NCBI GenBank assembly: GCA_963740085.1
Contig: CAVUCU010000007.1
Location: 96,001-160,000, forward strand
Direction: 5' to 3'
DNA length: 64,000 bases
Source of the DNA: Nitrospirota bacterium
GTDB taxonomy: Bacteria; Nitrospirota; UBA9217
Made by a program: the position numbers and the translations under genes. Shown one piece after another: positions 51,167-60,807 of the stretch (its first letter is position 1; each line of letters starts with the position of its first letter). The notes beneath the pieces are model-generated. The model ran no database searches. It had not been told where the DNA came from and saw only the letters and a program-made list of their open reading frames with translations.

Positions 51167-51799
51167 CTACAGAATCAGTTCCATAATCTCATCAAGCGGT
51201 TTTCTATTCCGTGCAGGAGGGTCCTCATCCGGCACGCCGATGGGCAACAGCGCAGCAATGAAGGTATCCTTGCCGTAACCCAATAATTTTTCGAAAGTTT
51301 CCTGCGCCACGAGCGGTCCGGTCATCCAGCAGGAACCATAACCGAGCGCGTGGACCGCGAGCAGCATGTTCTGGATCGCGGCGGAAACGCTCTGCAAACC
51401 GGGCTGGGGCCGGAGCCGCATGATATCACCGGCTGAATAGCCCATCCTGGCAAGCAGACGGTCAGTTCCCGCGCTGTATTTTGCCATGAACACGGCGATC
51501 ACGAGCGGGGCATTCTCAAAAAAAGTATAAAAGCTGCTCTTGTACGCGGCAAGCCGCTGCGCCTGCTTCTCGTTCTCGGCATAAGGGAGCATCCGGTCGA
51601 CCATCTCCCGCGCCGCATCAGCCATCCTCTTGAGAAGCGCCTTGTCCCTGATGATGACGAACCTCCACGGCTGGGAGTTATTCGCGCTCGGCGCAAATCT
51701 CCCTGCATCGAGAATTTTGTTCAGGTCCTCATCAGGAACCAACGTCTGCTTGAACCGGCGGATGCTTTTTCTTCCCTGAATTGCGTCGAAGAGATCCAT
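51167..51799 (-). CDS. Nitroreductase family protein
   Basis: RKSIRRF, APSANNSQPWRF, GYGSCW. Confidence 0.92.
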   Translation of the reverse strand: MDLFDAIQGRKSIRRFKQTLVPDEDLNKILDAGRFAPSANNSQPWRFVIIRDKALLKRMADAAREMVDRMLPYAENEKQAQRLAAYKSSFYTFFENAPLVIAVFMAKYSAGTDRLLARMGYSAGDIMRLRPQPGLQSVSAAIQNMLLAVHALGYGSCWMTGPLVAQETFEKLLGYGKDTFIAALLPIGVPDEDPPARNRKPLDEIMELIL

Positions 51800-51802
51800 A
51801 AG

Positions 51803-51895
51803 TTAGTACGGTTCACCGTTCAGAGTTCAAAGTTCAGAGTAGTTTTCAATTGATGGTGTTAGAACTACGAACTTTGAACTATGTACTCTGAACTC
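51803..51895. repeat. Inverted pair of heptamer tandem arrays
   Basis: TTCAGAG-TTCAAAG-TTCAGAG / GAACTAC-GAACTTT-GAACTAT-GTACTCT-GAACT. Confidence 0.8.
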
Positions 51896-51902
51896 GGCTT
51901 TT

Positions 51903-52931
51903 CTACACCATCCCCGCCAGGTCCCGGATCAGCTTTTCCGAATCCTTCCATCCAAGGCACGGATCGGTGATGGACTTGCCATACACGTTCTCCGTTACCT
52001 TCTGCGTACCTTCTTCGATAAAACTCTCGATCATGAAACCCCTGACCATGTTCTTGAGCAGCGAAGAATGGCGGCGGCTCTGCATCACTTCCATTGCGAT
52101 CCGGGGCTGTTCGGCGAACTTTTTGTCGGAATTCGCATGGTTCGTGTCAACGATGATCGCCGGGTTTGTGAGTCCGCGCTTCTGGTAGGACTCGGCGAAT
52201 AGCTTGAGGTCCTCATAGTGATAATTGGGGACCGCGAGGCCATGATAGTCAACTGCGCCACGAAGGACGGCGTGCGTGAGCGGATTGCCGGGGGTCTTCA
52301 CTTCCCACCGGTTGTAGCTGAAAACATGGGGCGCCTGGGCTGCCTGGATGGAATTAAGCGTCACTTCCATGTCGCCCGATGTCGGGTTCTTCATGCCCAC
52401 GGGAATATCGAGACCGCTGCACGTCAGCCGGTGCGCCTGATTCTCAACCGAGCGTGCGCCCACGGCAACATAGCTCAGGACATCCTCGAGGTAGGGATAG
52501 TTTCCGGGGTAGAGCATCTCGTCGGCTGCGGGAATATGGGATTCCCTGAGCGCCCGGATATGCATCTTCCTGATCGCCTTGATCCCTTCGACGATGTTCG
52601 GCTTTTCCTGGAGTTTCGGCTGATGGGCCATGCCCTTGTACCCGATCCCGGTTGTGCGCGGCTTGTTGGTGTAGATGCGCGGGATGATGATGATCCTGTC
52701 CTTCACCTCGGCCTGGACCTTTGCCAGCCGCGCGATGTAATCGCACACCGCCTCTTCATCGTGGGCCGAGCACGGCCCGATGATCAGGATGAACTTGTTG
52801 TTCTCGCCGCTGAACGCCGCCTTGATGTCCTGGTCGCGCTTTTTCTTGATTTCCACCAGCTCCGGGGAAAGTGGCATCGCTGCAAGGACCTCCTGGGGCG
52901 GAGGAATTTCTTGAACATATTCAAAGCTCAT
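51903..52931 (-). CDS. DAHP synthase class I (AroF/G/H type)
   Basis: IGPCS, KPRT, GARS, GMKN, SITDPCLGW. Confidence 0.93.
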   Translation of the reverse strand: MSFEYVQEIPPPQEVLAAMPLSPELVEIKKKRDQDIKAAFSGENNKFILIIGPCSAHDEEAVCDYIARLAKVQAEVKDRIIIIPRIYTNKPRTTGIGYKGMAHQPKLQEKPNIVEGIKAIRKMHIRALRESHIPAADEMLYPGNYPYLEDVLSYVAVGARSVENQAHRLTCSGLDIPVGMKNPTSGDMEVTLNSIQAAQAPHVFSYNRWEVKTPGNPLTHAVLRGAVDYHGLAVPNYHYEDLKLFAESYQKRGLTNPAIIVDTNHANSDKKFAEQPRIAMEVMQSRRHSSLLKNMVRGFMIESFIEEGTQKVTENVYGKSITDPCLGWKDSEKLIRDLAGMV

Positions 52932-53121
52932 ATCCGGTTCATCCCTTCTCTGCTCAGTTCGTTATGAGTGTGAGCGCGTGGCATGCAGTATAAAATCCAA
53001 CCCCGAGTAAGTCAAGCCAAAAAACATAAAAAGGCCCCTCCTTCGGCACGAACATCCCTTGCCGGCGTGATCGACAAAAAACATCTGGCCTTTTTTGCCG
53101 TAATATTGTATAAATCTTGCC

Positions 53122-54048
53122 ATGGCAAAGAAATTCTGGGCAAAATTCAAAGGCGGCAAGTTCGACCGCTCCGTCATCATCGGGATCATCATTGCCGTGC
53201 TCGTGATAGCGCTCACGCTCTGGGGCCCGCTCCGCAAATTCCGTGTGGCGGAGGAACGGAAACCCGCTGCACAGGCGCAGAAACAGGAATTGATCAAGAA
53301 AAAATCCGGGAAGAAAGTCAAGAAAGAAGCCCAAGCATTAAAAAATCAGGCTGAAAGTCTCGTTGCAGGGTCTTATGAAAGAACGGTCCCCGTCGCCATT
53401 GTGATCGACGATCTGGGGCAGGACGTAAAACTGGCGAAAGAGGTCCTCGCGCTGCCCGGAAAGCTCACCCTTGCTGTTATGCCGGGACTTGCGCAGTCAA
53501 CTGCTATTGCCGAACTGGCAAAGCAGTCCGGCCGGGAGGTCCTTCTCCACCTGCCCATGGAACCCTTGAAGAACCATGAAAAAACACGATCTCCAGGCAC
53601 CTTGAGCGTGGATATGACCCCCATGGCGTTCCTGAATACCGTGAACGACGATGTGGCGTCGGTACCCGGAGCTGTCGGCGTGAACAACCATGAAGGCTCG
53701 GCGCTGACGGAGAACCTTGAGGCCATGAAATTCCTGATGGCGGAGCTCAAATCACGCAATCTTTTTTTCCTCGACAGCATGACCACCCCGAAAAGCGTTG
53801 CCTATGCGACGGCCATCGAGTTTGGCATGAACGCCGCCAGGCGCGACGTATTTCTGGACAATGAAGGCGACAACCCGTTATATATCCGCGGACAGCTTGA
53901 AAAGCTGATAGAAATTGCCCGCAATCATGGCAAGGCCATCGGCATCGGGCATCCGCATCCGGCAACGCTCAGCGAACTCAGAAAGTGGCTTGCTGAGACC
54001 GGCGCCGAGGGGATCGAGATCGTGCCGGTATCAAGATTGATGCAGTAG
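53122..54048 (+). CDS. Divergent polysaccharide deacetylase (YibQ-like)
   Basis: IVIDDLG, HLPMEP, NNHEGS, RDVFLD, IGHP. Confidence 0.92.
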   Translation: MAKKFWAKFKGGKFDRSVIIGIIIAVLVIALTLWGPLRKFRVAEERKPAAQAQKQELIKKKSGKKVKKEAQALKNQAESLVAGSYERTVPVAIVIDDLGQDVKLAKEVLALPGKLTLAVMPGLAQSTAIAELAKQSGREVLLHLPMEPLKNHEKTRSPGTLSVDMTPMAFLNTVNDDVASVPGAVGVNNHEGSALTENLEAMKFLMAELKSRNLFFLDSMTTPKSVAYATAIEFGMNAARRDVFLDNEGDNPLYIRGQLEKLIEIARNHGKAIGIGHPHPATLSELRKWLAETGAEGIEIVPVSRLMQ

Positions 54049-54055
54049 AAGAACA

Positions 54056-54137
54056 GGGTCATGGGACATGGGTCATGGGTCAAAAAGCACTTATGCTTTC
54101 CTTGATCTTCGCCCCCTGACCCCTGCCCCGTGCCCCT
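54056..54137. repeat. Inverted pair of heptamer tandem arrays
   Basis: GGGTCAT-GGGACAT-GGGTCAT / CTGACCC-CTGCCCC-GTGCCCC. Confidence 0.75.
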
Positions 54138-54149
54138 TTCTTTAAACCC

Positions 54150-55154
54150 ATGTATACCCTCGGAATAGAAACCTCATGCGATGAAACCGCGGCTGCGGTG
54201 CTGCAGGACGAAAAGGTACTGTCAAACATAGTATCCTCGCAGATCGACATCCACAAAAAATTCGGCGGCGTGGTCCCCGAACTCGCATCACGTGAGCACC
54301 TTAAGAACCTGATGCCTGTTATCCGCGAGGCGCTTACCTCCGCATCGGTTACACTCAAGGACATCAACCTCATCGCGGTCACGTACACGCCCGGCCTGAT
54401 CGGCGCGCTGCTCGTGGGAGTGTCCGCTGCCAAGGCCATTGCGTATGCGAGCGGCATCCCCTTCATCGGCGTGCACCACGGTGAAGGGCACATCCTCGCG
54501 GCGCATATCGAGTATCCGGGTATCGGTTATCCTTACATTGCCCTCCTCGTGTCGGGTGGACATACAGCGATCTACCACGTCAAGGGCCTCGGCGAATACC
54601 GTCTCCTTGGCCAGACGCGGGACGACGCAGCGGGCGAAGCCTATGATAAGGTAGCTAAGCTGCTTGGTCTCGAATACCCCGGCGGTCCGGTGCTCGACAA
54701 ACTCGCCCAGGAGGGCAATCCAGGGACAGTCAAATTTCCACGAGGCCATCTGGAGGGCTGCGACTTCAGCTTCAGCGGGCTCAAGACCGCGGTCAGAAAC
54801 CACCTTGCCCTCTTCAGGAGCAAAGACAAGGGACTCGACCCGGGCCTGAACATCAAGGACATTGCGGCCAGTTTTCAGGCTGCGGTCGTGGACACGCTCG
54901 TTAACAAGACCATGCAGGCGGCAAGCGGAACGGGCGTGGACAAGATCGTGGTTGCCGGCGGCGTGGCTGCGAACAGTCTGCTCCGGAAAAGAATGCTGGA
55001 TGAAGCGGGGAAGCACGGCGCCACACTCTATCTCCCGGCTATGGGCCTCTGCATCGACAACGCCGCCATGATCGCCCTCGCGGGATATCTCCACCATCAA
55101 CGCGGCGAGAACTCAAACCTTGACCTGAATCCCCGACCCGGCATGCCGCTGTGA
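54150..55154 (+). CDS. tsaD: tRNA N6-threonylcarbamoyltransferase TsaD
   Basis: GIETSCDET, HHGEGH, VSGGHT, DDAAGEAYDK, DNAAMIA. Confidence 0.96.
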   Translation: MYTLGIETSCDETAAAVLQDEKVLSNIVSSQIDIHKKFGGVVPELASREHLKNLMPVIREALTSASVTLKDINLIAVTYTPGLIGALLVGVSAAKAIAYASGIPFIGVHHGEGHILAAHIEYPGIGYPYIALLVSGGHTAIYHVKGLGEYRLLGQTRDDAAGEAYDKVAKLLGLEYPGGPVLDKLAQEGNPGTVKFPRGHLEGCDFSFSGLKTAVRNHLALFRSKDKGLDPGLNIKDIAASFQAAVVDTLVNKTMQAASGTGVDKIVVAGGVAANSLLRKRMLDEAGKHGATLYLPAMGLCIDNAAMIALAGYLHHQRGENSNLDLNPRPGMPL

Positions 55155-55519
55155 ATTATTCTCACATAGGCTGTTTGAAAACACCTAATTTATTCGCGCA
55201 CTGCCACAATGCCATTTTCTTGTCGTGCGGTGCTGAGATTTTACCAACTTCACCTACTAGTCCGCAATTGCAGATAGACGAAACTATCGTTAAATACGGA
55301 TTGTAAAGTGCACACATCGCCCGTAAATTTTTTTCATCTTTTGCGTCGAATGCCGTCCGCCGTATTGGCGCTAGTCGCGGTATCCTTCCGATGTCTGGTC
55401 TGTTCGAAGCTTGTCAGATCCGAAGAGCGGAAGTCGGTAGGATAGCACGTATACAACTATTCAAGCTCTCTGTTTGATACAACAAGGGAAGTCGCCCAGC
55501 CGCCGGGCAACCGAGGTTG

Positions 55520-56389
55520 TTAAGAGGTGGTTGATGACAAATTCAAGATCTTGGATTTCACTACATTTTTACCGGTTTCCCTGGCCGAATTCATAAGATC
55601 TTCGGCCATAGCGATCAGTTCATCTAATGTGCATGTCGGGCCGTCGCAGGTAACGACACCTGTACTGAATGCTACCGGCCAGCCCTTTTTTTTCACCATA
55701 TCCAGAAGACGTTCCTGAACTTTATAAATGATAACCGTGGCGTTCTCATTATTTGTTTCCGGCATAAGAACAGCGAATTTGGAACCCCCAAGTCTCGAAA
55801 TTATATCTGTGAGCCGCAATGTTGACCCCATGATCTGGGCTAATTCATGGAGGAGGTAATCGCCTGCAATATGGCCGAGGGTGTCATTTACCTGTCGTAA
55901 ATTATCTATATCGATATATGCTAGAGTGAGAGGTAGTTTAGATATAGTCGATCTGCTGATTTCAATACGTGCCTGCTCATAAAAGAATTTGATATTAGCT
56001 ACGCCCGTCAAATCGTCGGTGTCGGCATGTTCATGTTCCTTTATCAATGATTTTTTTAAGGTTGCAATGGAATAGGCAACGATTAAAAACATACTTAGCA
56101 CCAGTGTGGCGTTCCAAATGCGAACAGTGATATGAGAATAATTATGTCCAGACATCAGGTCAGACGTTGCCCAGGTGATAGCACTGAAAATTGATACCAG
56201 GACGGTAGGCATTCCTCCCACGTACCAAGCGATCAGTATGATGGGAAGAAGATAGAGCACATCTAGGGAAATATCATAGCTCGCTATAGTATCAAGACCG
56301 CCGATTGCCAATACGAGGAGCAATCCGAAAATCGTAAGAATTGATTTTGGGAGTTTTTCAGGGAATTCTATGATTTTCTTTATCCGCAT
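55520..56389 (-). CDS. Membrane protein with a degenerate GGDEF domain
   Basis: About 4 TM, DDLTG, RLTD I-site, RLGGSKF in place of GGDEF. Confidence 0.85.
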   Translation of the reverse strand: MRIKKIIEFPEKLPKSILTIFGLLLVLAIGGLDTIASYDISLDVLYLLPIILIAWYVGGMPTVLVSIFSAITWATSDLMSGHNYSHITVRIWNATLVLSMFLIVAYSIATLKKSLIKEHEHADTDDLTGVANIKFFYEQARIEISRSTISKLPLTLAYIDIDNLRQVNDTLGHIAGDYLLHELAQIMGSTLRLTDIISRLGGSKFAVLMPETNNENATVIIYKVQERLLDMVKKKGWPVAFSTGVVTCDGPTCTLDELIAMAEDLMNSARETGKNVVKSKILNLSSTTS

Positions 56390-56626
56390 AACAGCCGATG
56401 CTTGCAGTGGTAGATAATATTAAATGATCTTCTTTGGCCCGCCCTGTAAGCTAGACCTCGGGTAACGGGATGAGCATTTTCTGTAAAATAGCACTCATCC
56501 TTATAGCTATTATTTCTTTGCAGATAATAGCTTATGCCTATAAAAATTACTAGTTGAACTATGTACATGAATAGCGTGTTGAAAAAGTACAGGTTACAGG
56601 ACGTTATATATGCTGCACTCTTCACG

Positions 56627-57427
56627 TTAGGTTCGACCCTCTGGTTGTTCACCTTCTCGTGCGACGCTGTTTTTCATTCTTACCCACTGGTCTATGAACG
56701 TTTGGAGCAACGTTTTATCCTTGTCCGTCAGATCGACAAACTCCGACCCTATATCATAGTGTGTTTGCCCCTTGTTTTCCTTCATGTGGCATGAAGCAAT
56801 TCGTCCGATAAAATTGACCGCGGTGCCATCATTCAGAGACAATTCCATGGGGACCTTGCTTTCTATTGCCAGAGCCTGATCAGTCTGGATGAGCATGCCG
56901 CTGAGACTGATTGTTTTCACATTAAAATTCGCGGGATAGCTCAAAACATGCTCATTCAGACCGGTAATTTGAAATCTGACATTGAGCCTCCGCTCCTCCG
57001 GTAATGGCGCTTTTTCTTTTTGGTTTTGCACTATTGATTTAAGAAAATCGGCGACCTGATCCGCTGAGCTCTCTTTAAACTGCATGCCTACAGCGTATAT
57101 GGAGACACTTTCCCCGTTGTCTCTTGCCTCTATTCCCTTGAGCTCGGAACGGACTATAATGCCCGTTACATTGAGAGTCTTCCCTTTATCCTGGAGCTTG
57201 ATCGTATATTCCCTGCCGGGATTCAGTCTCCGGTCCGATTTCAAGGCAACTCCGCCGAGACCGATATCAAGGATCTCCACTTTATCGGATAAACTCATCT
57301 TGCCCTTTAAGTCATTTAACTCCAGGTAGTATCTTTTATGTCGTCTCGTGTTGTTCATGATAGGTTTCTTCTCAATTGACAAGTTGTCAGAATACTCATT
57401 CTGAGAGCTCATGTCTACAAAAGCCAT
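56627..57427 (-). CDS. Tandem PilZ domain protein
   Basis: RRHKR...DIGLGG and RRLNVR...TISLSG. Confidence 0.85.
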   Translation of the reverse strand: MAFVDMSSQNEYSDNLSIEKKPIMNNTRRHKRYYLELNDLKGKMSLSDKVEILDIGLGGVALKSDRRLNPGREYTIKLQDKGKTLNVTGIIVRSELKGIEARDNGESVSIYAVGMQFKESSADQVADFLKSIVQNQKEKAPLPEERRLNVRFQITGLNEHVLSYPANFNVKTISLSGMLIQTDQALAIESKVPMELSLNDGTAVNFIGRIASCHMKENKGQTHYDIGSEFVDLTDKDKTLLQTFIDQWVRMKNSVAREGEQPEGRT

Positions 57428-57484
57428 GGATTACTCCTGGCTTAATCAGTCTTGACCTGCGCAATCTATTCATGGTTCCATCCC

Positions 57485-57922
57485 TTACGTCATGATCGTG
57501 ACGTTTTCGATCGCGCTCCCCACGACAAAGACCCTTTTGTTATTGCTATCTTCGTCAACGGGGATGAGGAAAAACCCCTTGGCCCCCTTGCCCAGCTTGG
57601 ATAGGGAAAACCCCTTGTCCCAGGGGATCTCACCCTCGATGAACCCGACCAGCGATTCTTTATCGATGAACTTAACAAAAACCTTTCGGCCAAGGTTCTT
57701 CCTGCTCCCGAAAACCTTCCGTTCGACATATCGACTGGAGCCCTCAAAGCTCTTGACGAAAAAAATCGCCTTCAGCTCTTCCATCGGGACGCGGTTTTCC
57801 TTGTTTGTCTGGTCACTCATGATGAGCGTGTCCGATTCTATACTGAAATTTCTCACGAAGCCCTTCAAAAGTCTTCCGTCCCTGAACCTGGCGACGATCT
57901 TTTCTCCTTCATTATTTTTCAA
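57485..57922 (-). CDS. Uncharacterised protein, paralog of 30763-31167 (DUF6982-like)
   Basis: KIVARFRDGRLLKG, LKAIFFVKSFEG, GFFLIPVD...SNNKRVFV; TTG start with GGAGG RBS. Confidence 0.75.
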   Translation of the reverse strand: MKNNEGEKIVARFRDGRLLKGFVRNFSIESDTLIMSDQTNKENRVPMEELKAIFFVKSFEGSSRYVERKVFGSRKNLGRKVFVKFIDKESLVGFIEGEIPWDKGFSLSKLGKGAKGFFLIPVDEDSNNKRVFVVGSAIENVTIMT

Positions 57923-57979
57923 ACAGTCACCTCCGGAGCACCGATTAATTGTTCCCAGGATACTCAATCTGGGAATAAT

Positions 57980-58309
57980 TCAACCAACAAACCGGCCAAG
58001 CAGTATATCCTCAAGATTGCGTCTTGCATCGAGGACGGCGAGAACATATACAGTTTGGCCGGATATTCTGCAAATCATTCTCCAGGGGGCAATGATTATT
58101 TCCCGATAGAGAATAATGCCCTGTTCCTTCAACTCAGGCACAACAACGCGGCCTCTTTCCGGCAGGACATGCAAGCCAACCGCCTTCTTGCGCATTCTTT
58201 CCACTATCTTCAGCGCCTCATCGATACTGTCTTCGGCGATAAATCCGATGATTGAATCCAAATCATACTCAGCGGTGGCCGTCCATTTGACGGTAAAGTT
58301 ACGACTCAT
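57980..58309 (-). CDS. RelE/ParE family type II toxin
   Basis: WTATAEYDLDSI...PERGR...VLDARRNL; overlaps the antitoxin end. Confidence 0.88.
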   Translation of the reverse strand: MSRNFTVKWTATAEYDLDSIIGFIAEDSIDEALKIVERMRKKAVGLHVLPERGRVVVPELKEQGIILYREIIIAPWRMICRISGQTVYVLAVLDARRNLEDILLGRFVG

Positions 58310-58598
58310 CGGCATTTCGCTGTTTCCTGGCCTTCAGCTTGTGCTCAAGACGTTTGAAAATATCCTCCTGTTCACTGGTCCTTCCAAGACGAATATCCTC
58401 TTCTCCCTGAGCAAGGACCTTCATCAAACCTATTGCGGACTTCATGCGCTCATACGATTCAGGGTCTTGCAGAACGGCGCGTGGTTCCCCGTTTTGCGTG
58501 ATAATGACCGGCCTGTGCGTTTCATTGATCTGCAGCAATATATCCGCGGCCTTTGATTTGAGATACGTCACGGGTCGAATGTCTTCACTGATTTTCAT
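58299..58598 (-). CDS. Phd/YefM family antitoxin
   Basis: DIRPVTYLK...RPVIITQNGEPRAVL. Confidence 0.9.
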   Translation of the reverse strand: MKISEDIRPVTYLKSKAADILLQINETHRPVIITQNGEPRAVLQDPESYERMKSAIGLMKVLAQGEEDIRLGRTSEQEDIFKRLEHKLKARKQRNADES

Positions 58599-58698
58599 TC
58601 TCCACCTCCTGTCCGAATAACGTACCATAAAAGGTCCTTTAACGCAAGCGGCTTTTTCGGTCATCAAATGACTTTACGCCCATGGGTTAAACTTTAAG

Positions 58699-58762
58699 CG
58701 TGGCGATATCTCCAGCCTTGACCTGAACCCCCGCCCCAGCATGCCGCTGTGAGTTATTCTCA
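58699..58762 (+). repeat. Duplicate of the tsaD 3' end
   Basis: Encodes RGDISSLDLNPRPSMPL* versus RGENSNLDLNPRPGMPL* in tsaD. Confidence 0.9.
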
Positions 58763-59107
58763 ATTAATGCAAAATAGTTCTTGCTATTCCCTCATAATAC
58801 TGTATTATGCACGTCGACTGTTTAACATTGCGGCAGGATTTGACTGAAGTACACACACACGTCATCATCTCTCTGCCCTTCATATCATCGATCTCTAACC
58901 CCCCTTGTTTTCAGCCCCCGCTCTGAAATCACAGCAGCACGTATGGTTGGCGAACGATGTAGTTATGCCGGTCATATTTGTGCTGGCGTCGTCTTCGCTC
59001 TCAGGGATACCTTTGTGCCCCTGCGGCCCGCACGCAAACCCTTAACGGGATTTCTGTTTCCGGAATGAATATATCTTCATTTCGGCGTAAGAGATCAAAG
59101 GAGTCGT

Positions 59108-60499
59108 ATGTCTTTTTCAAAATTGCAGCTCATCGAACCGATCCTGAAAGCAATAAAACTGTGCGGCTACACCACGCCCACGCCCATCCAGGAGCAGGCT
59201 ATTCCCAAGGCACTGGCGGGTCAAGACCTGATCGCAACAGCCCAGACCGGGACCGGCAAAACCGCGGCCTTCGTGTTGCCGGCGCTCCAGCGTTTGAGCG
59301 TACCCTCCATAGCAGCGGGACGGTCCAAAGGACCCCGCGTACTCGTACTGACACCCACGCGCGAACTGGCCAATCAGATAACCGAGGCGGTCAGAACCTA
59401 CGGCAAGTTCATGCGCATCCGGAGCGGCGCGATCCTCGGCGGCATGCCCTACTTCGAACAGCAGCGTCTTCTGTCCCAGCCGGTGGATCTGATCGTAGCC
59501 ACACCCGGACGTCTCATGGACCATATGGAGCGGGGACAGATCAATTTCTCGCGCCTCGAACTGCTCGTGCTCGATGAGGCTGATCGCATGCTCGACATGG
59601 GATTCAGCGAGGCAGTGGACACCATCGCGGCCGCGACCCCGGCCACGCGCCAGACCATGATGTTCACCGCAACCATGGACAATTCGATGGCTAGGCTTGC
59701 CCAGCGTCTGCTCAAGGACCCGGTACGGGTCGAGATCGCCGGCAAGAAGACCACCCTTGAAACGATCGAACAGCGCCTTCACGCGGCCGACGACATGCAG
59801 CATAAGAACCGCATGCTCAAACACCTGATCTCGGACAGCGGCATGACCAGGGCGATCATCTTCTCGGGCACCAAACGAAACGCCGACCAGCTGGCGAACG
59901 AACTGCACGCCCAGGGCCACTCAGCCGCGGCGCTGCACGGCGACATGAGCCAGAACGCCCGCAACCGCACCATCATGAACATGAAGCGCGGCAAGATCCG
60001 GCTGCTCGTTGCAACAGACGTGGCCGCACGCGGGCTTGACGTCATCGGCATCACCCATATCATCAATTACGACCTTCCGAAGAATGCCGAGGACTACGTA
60101 CATCGCATCGGTCGCACCGGGCGTGCAGGTGCAACAGGCATCGCCATCTCCTTCGCGTCGTCCAGGGAAGTGGACTCCCTGCGCAGTATCGAACGCTATA
60201 TCGGACAAAGCATTCCCCAGCAGATCATTGCGGGACTGGAACCGGCGCGCCCCTTACGCCGGTCAAGCAGCGGGGGCAGTCCGACGCCGTCATCGGGGAA
60301 ACGATGGCAGGGCGCCTCGACCGGCAAACGGTATGGCCAGAACGCCGCACCCCGAAGTCCCTTTGGTTCGAAAACCACCCGTCGCTCGGATTCTGATGGC
60401 CGATTCTTCAGAGACGAGAAGAAGAGTGTCAAGCAGGATGGCGGGAAGTTTGGGGATTTCCGCAAGCCAAAGCAATACAGTCAGAGCCGGTGGACCTAG
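59108..60499 (+). CDS. DEAD-box RNA helicase
   Basis: PTPIQ, AQTGTGKT, DEAD, HRIGRTGR. Confidence 0.95.
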   Translation: MSFSKLQLIEPILKAIKLCGYTTPTPIQEQAIPKALAGQDLIATAQTGTGKTAAFVLPALQRLSVPSIAAGRSKGPRVLVLTPTRELANQITEAVRTYGKFMRIRSGAILGGMPYFEQQRLLSQPVDLIVATPGRLMDHMERGQINFSRLELLVLDEADRMLDMGFSEAVDTIAAATPATRQTMMFTATMDNSMARLAQRLLKDPVRVEIAGKKTTLETIEQRLHAADDMQHKNRMLKHLISDSGMTRAIIFSGTKRNADQLANELHAQGHSAAALHGDMSQNARNRTIMNMKRGKIRLLVATDVAARGLDVIGITHIINYDLPKNAEDYVHRIGRTGRAGATGIAISFASSREVDSLRSIERYIGQSIPQQIIAGLEPARPLRRSSSGGSPTPSSGKRWQGASTGKRYGQNAAPRSPFGSKTTRRSDSDGRFFRDEKKSVKQDGGKFGDFRKPKQYSQSRWT

Positions 60500-60526
60500 T
60501 CAAGATCAGGATATATCATTGCTCGG

Positions 60527-60558
60527 AAGGCGCCTCACCTTGAGGCGCCTTTTTTTTT
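60527..60558 (+). terminator. Intrinsic terminator
   Basis: AAGGCGCCTCA-CCT-TGAGGCGCCTT followed by a T-run. Confidence 0.85.
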
Positions 60559-60752
60559 ACGATCATCTCCCTTTATTATTGTAGTGAGCGCCGTAAGCCT
60601 TCGGGTCGCCTCTCGATGCCTCTCCCTTTATTTCAGTAGAAACCTGGCGCACAGAACATTTTTTTGCATTCTTTAAAATTCGATCCGATATTTTCTCATC
60701 TTTGCAAAGCAACTTACTCCCCGCTTCTAAATAAATTCAACCAGTTGCGTTT

Positions 60753-60768
60753 TGGCATGCTAGATGCA
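60753..60768 (+). promoter_or_regulatory. sigma54 (-24/-12) promoter
   Basis: TGGCATGCTAGATGCA, about 40 nt before the ATG at 60808. Confidence 0.7.
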
Positions 60769-60807
60769 ATAACCAAAGCAAGACACTGCGAAAAGGAGGA
60801 AACGAAA

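Larger units (their letters stand above)
55155..58762. mobile_element. Putative genomic islet at the tsaD 3' end (no integrase)
   Basis: 55101-55164 is repeated at 58699-58762 (55/64 identical); AT-richer cargo including a TA pair. Confidence 0.8.

Noticed and set aside
55500-56640. Integron attC-like motifs (GTTATGC at the GGDEF start, ACCTAAC at the PilZ stop; also GTTAGGC at ~32999)
   Set aside because: Only isolated half-sites; no paired RYYYAAC...GTTRRRY hairpin and no intI. IntegronFinder would settle it
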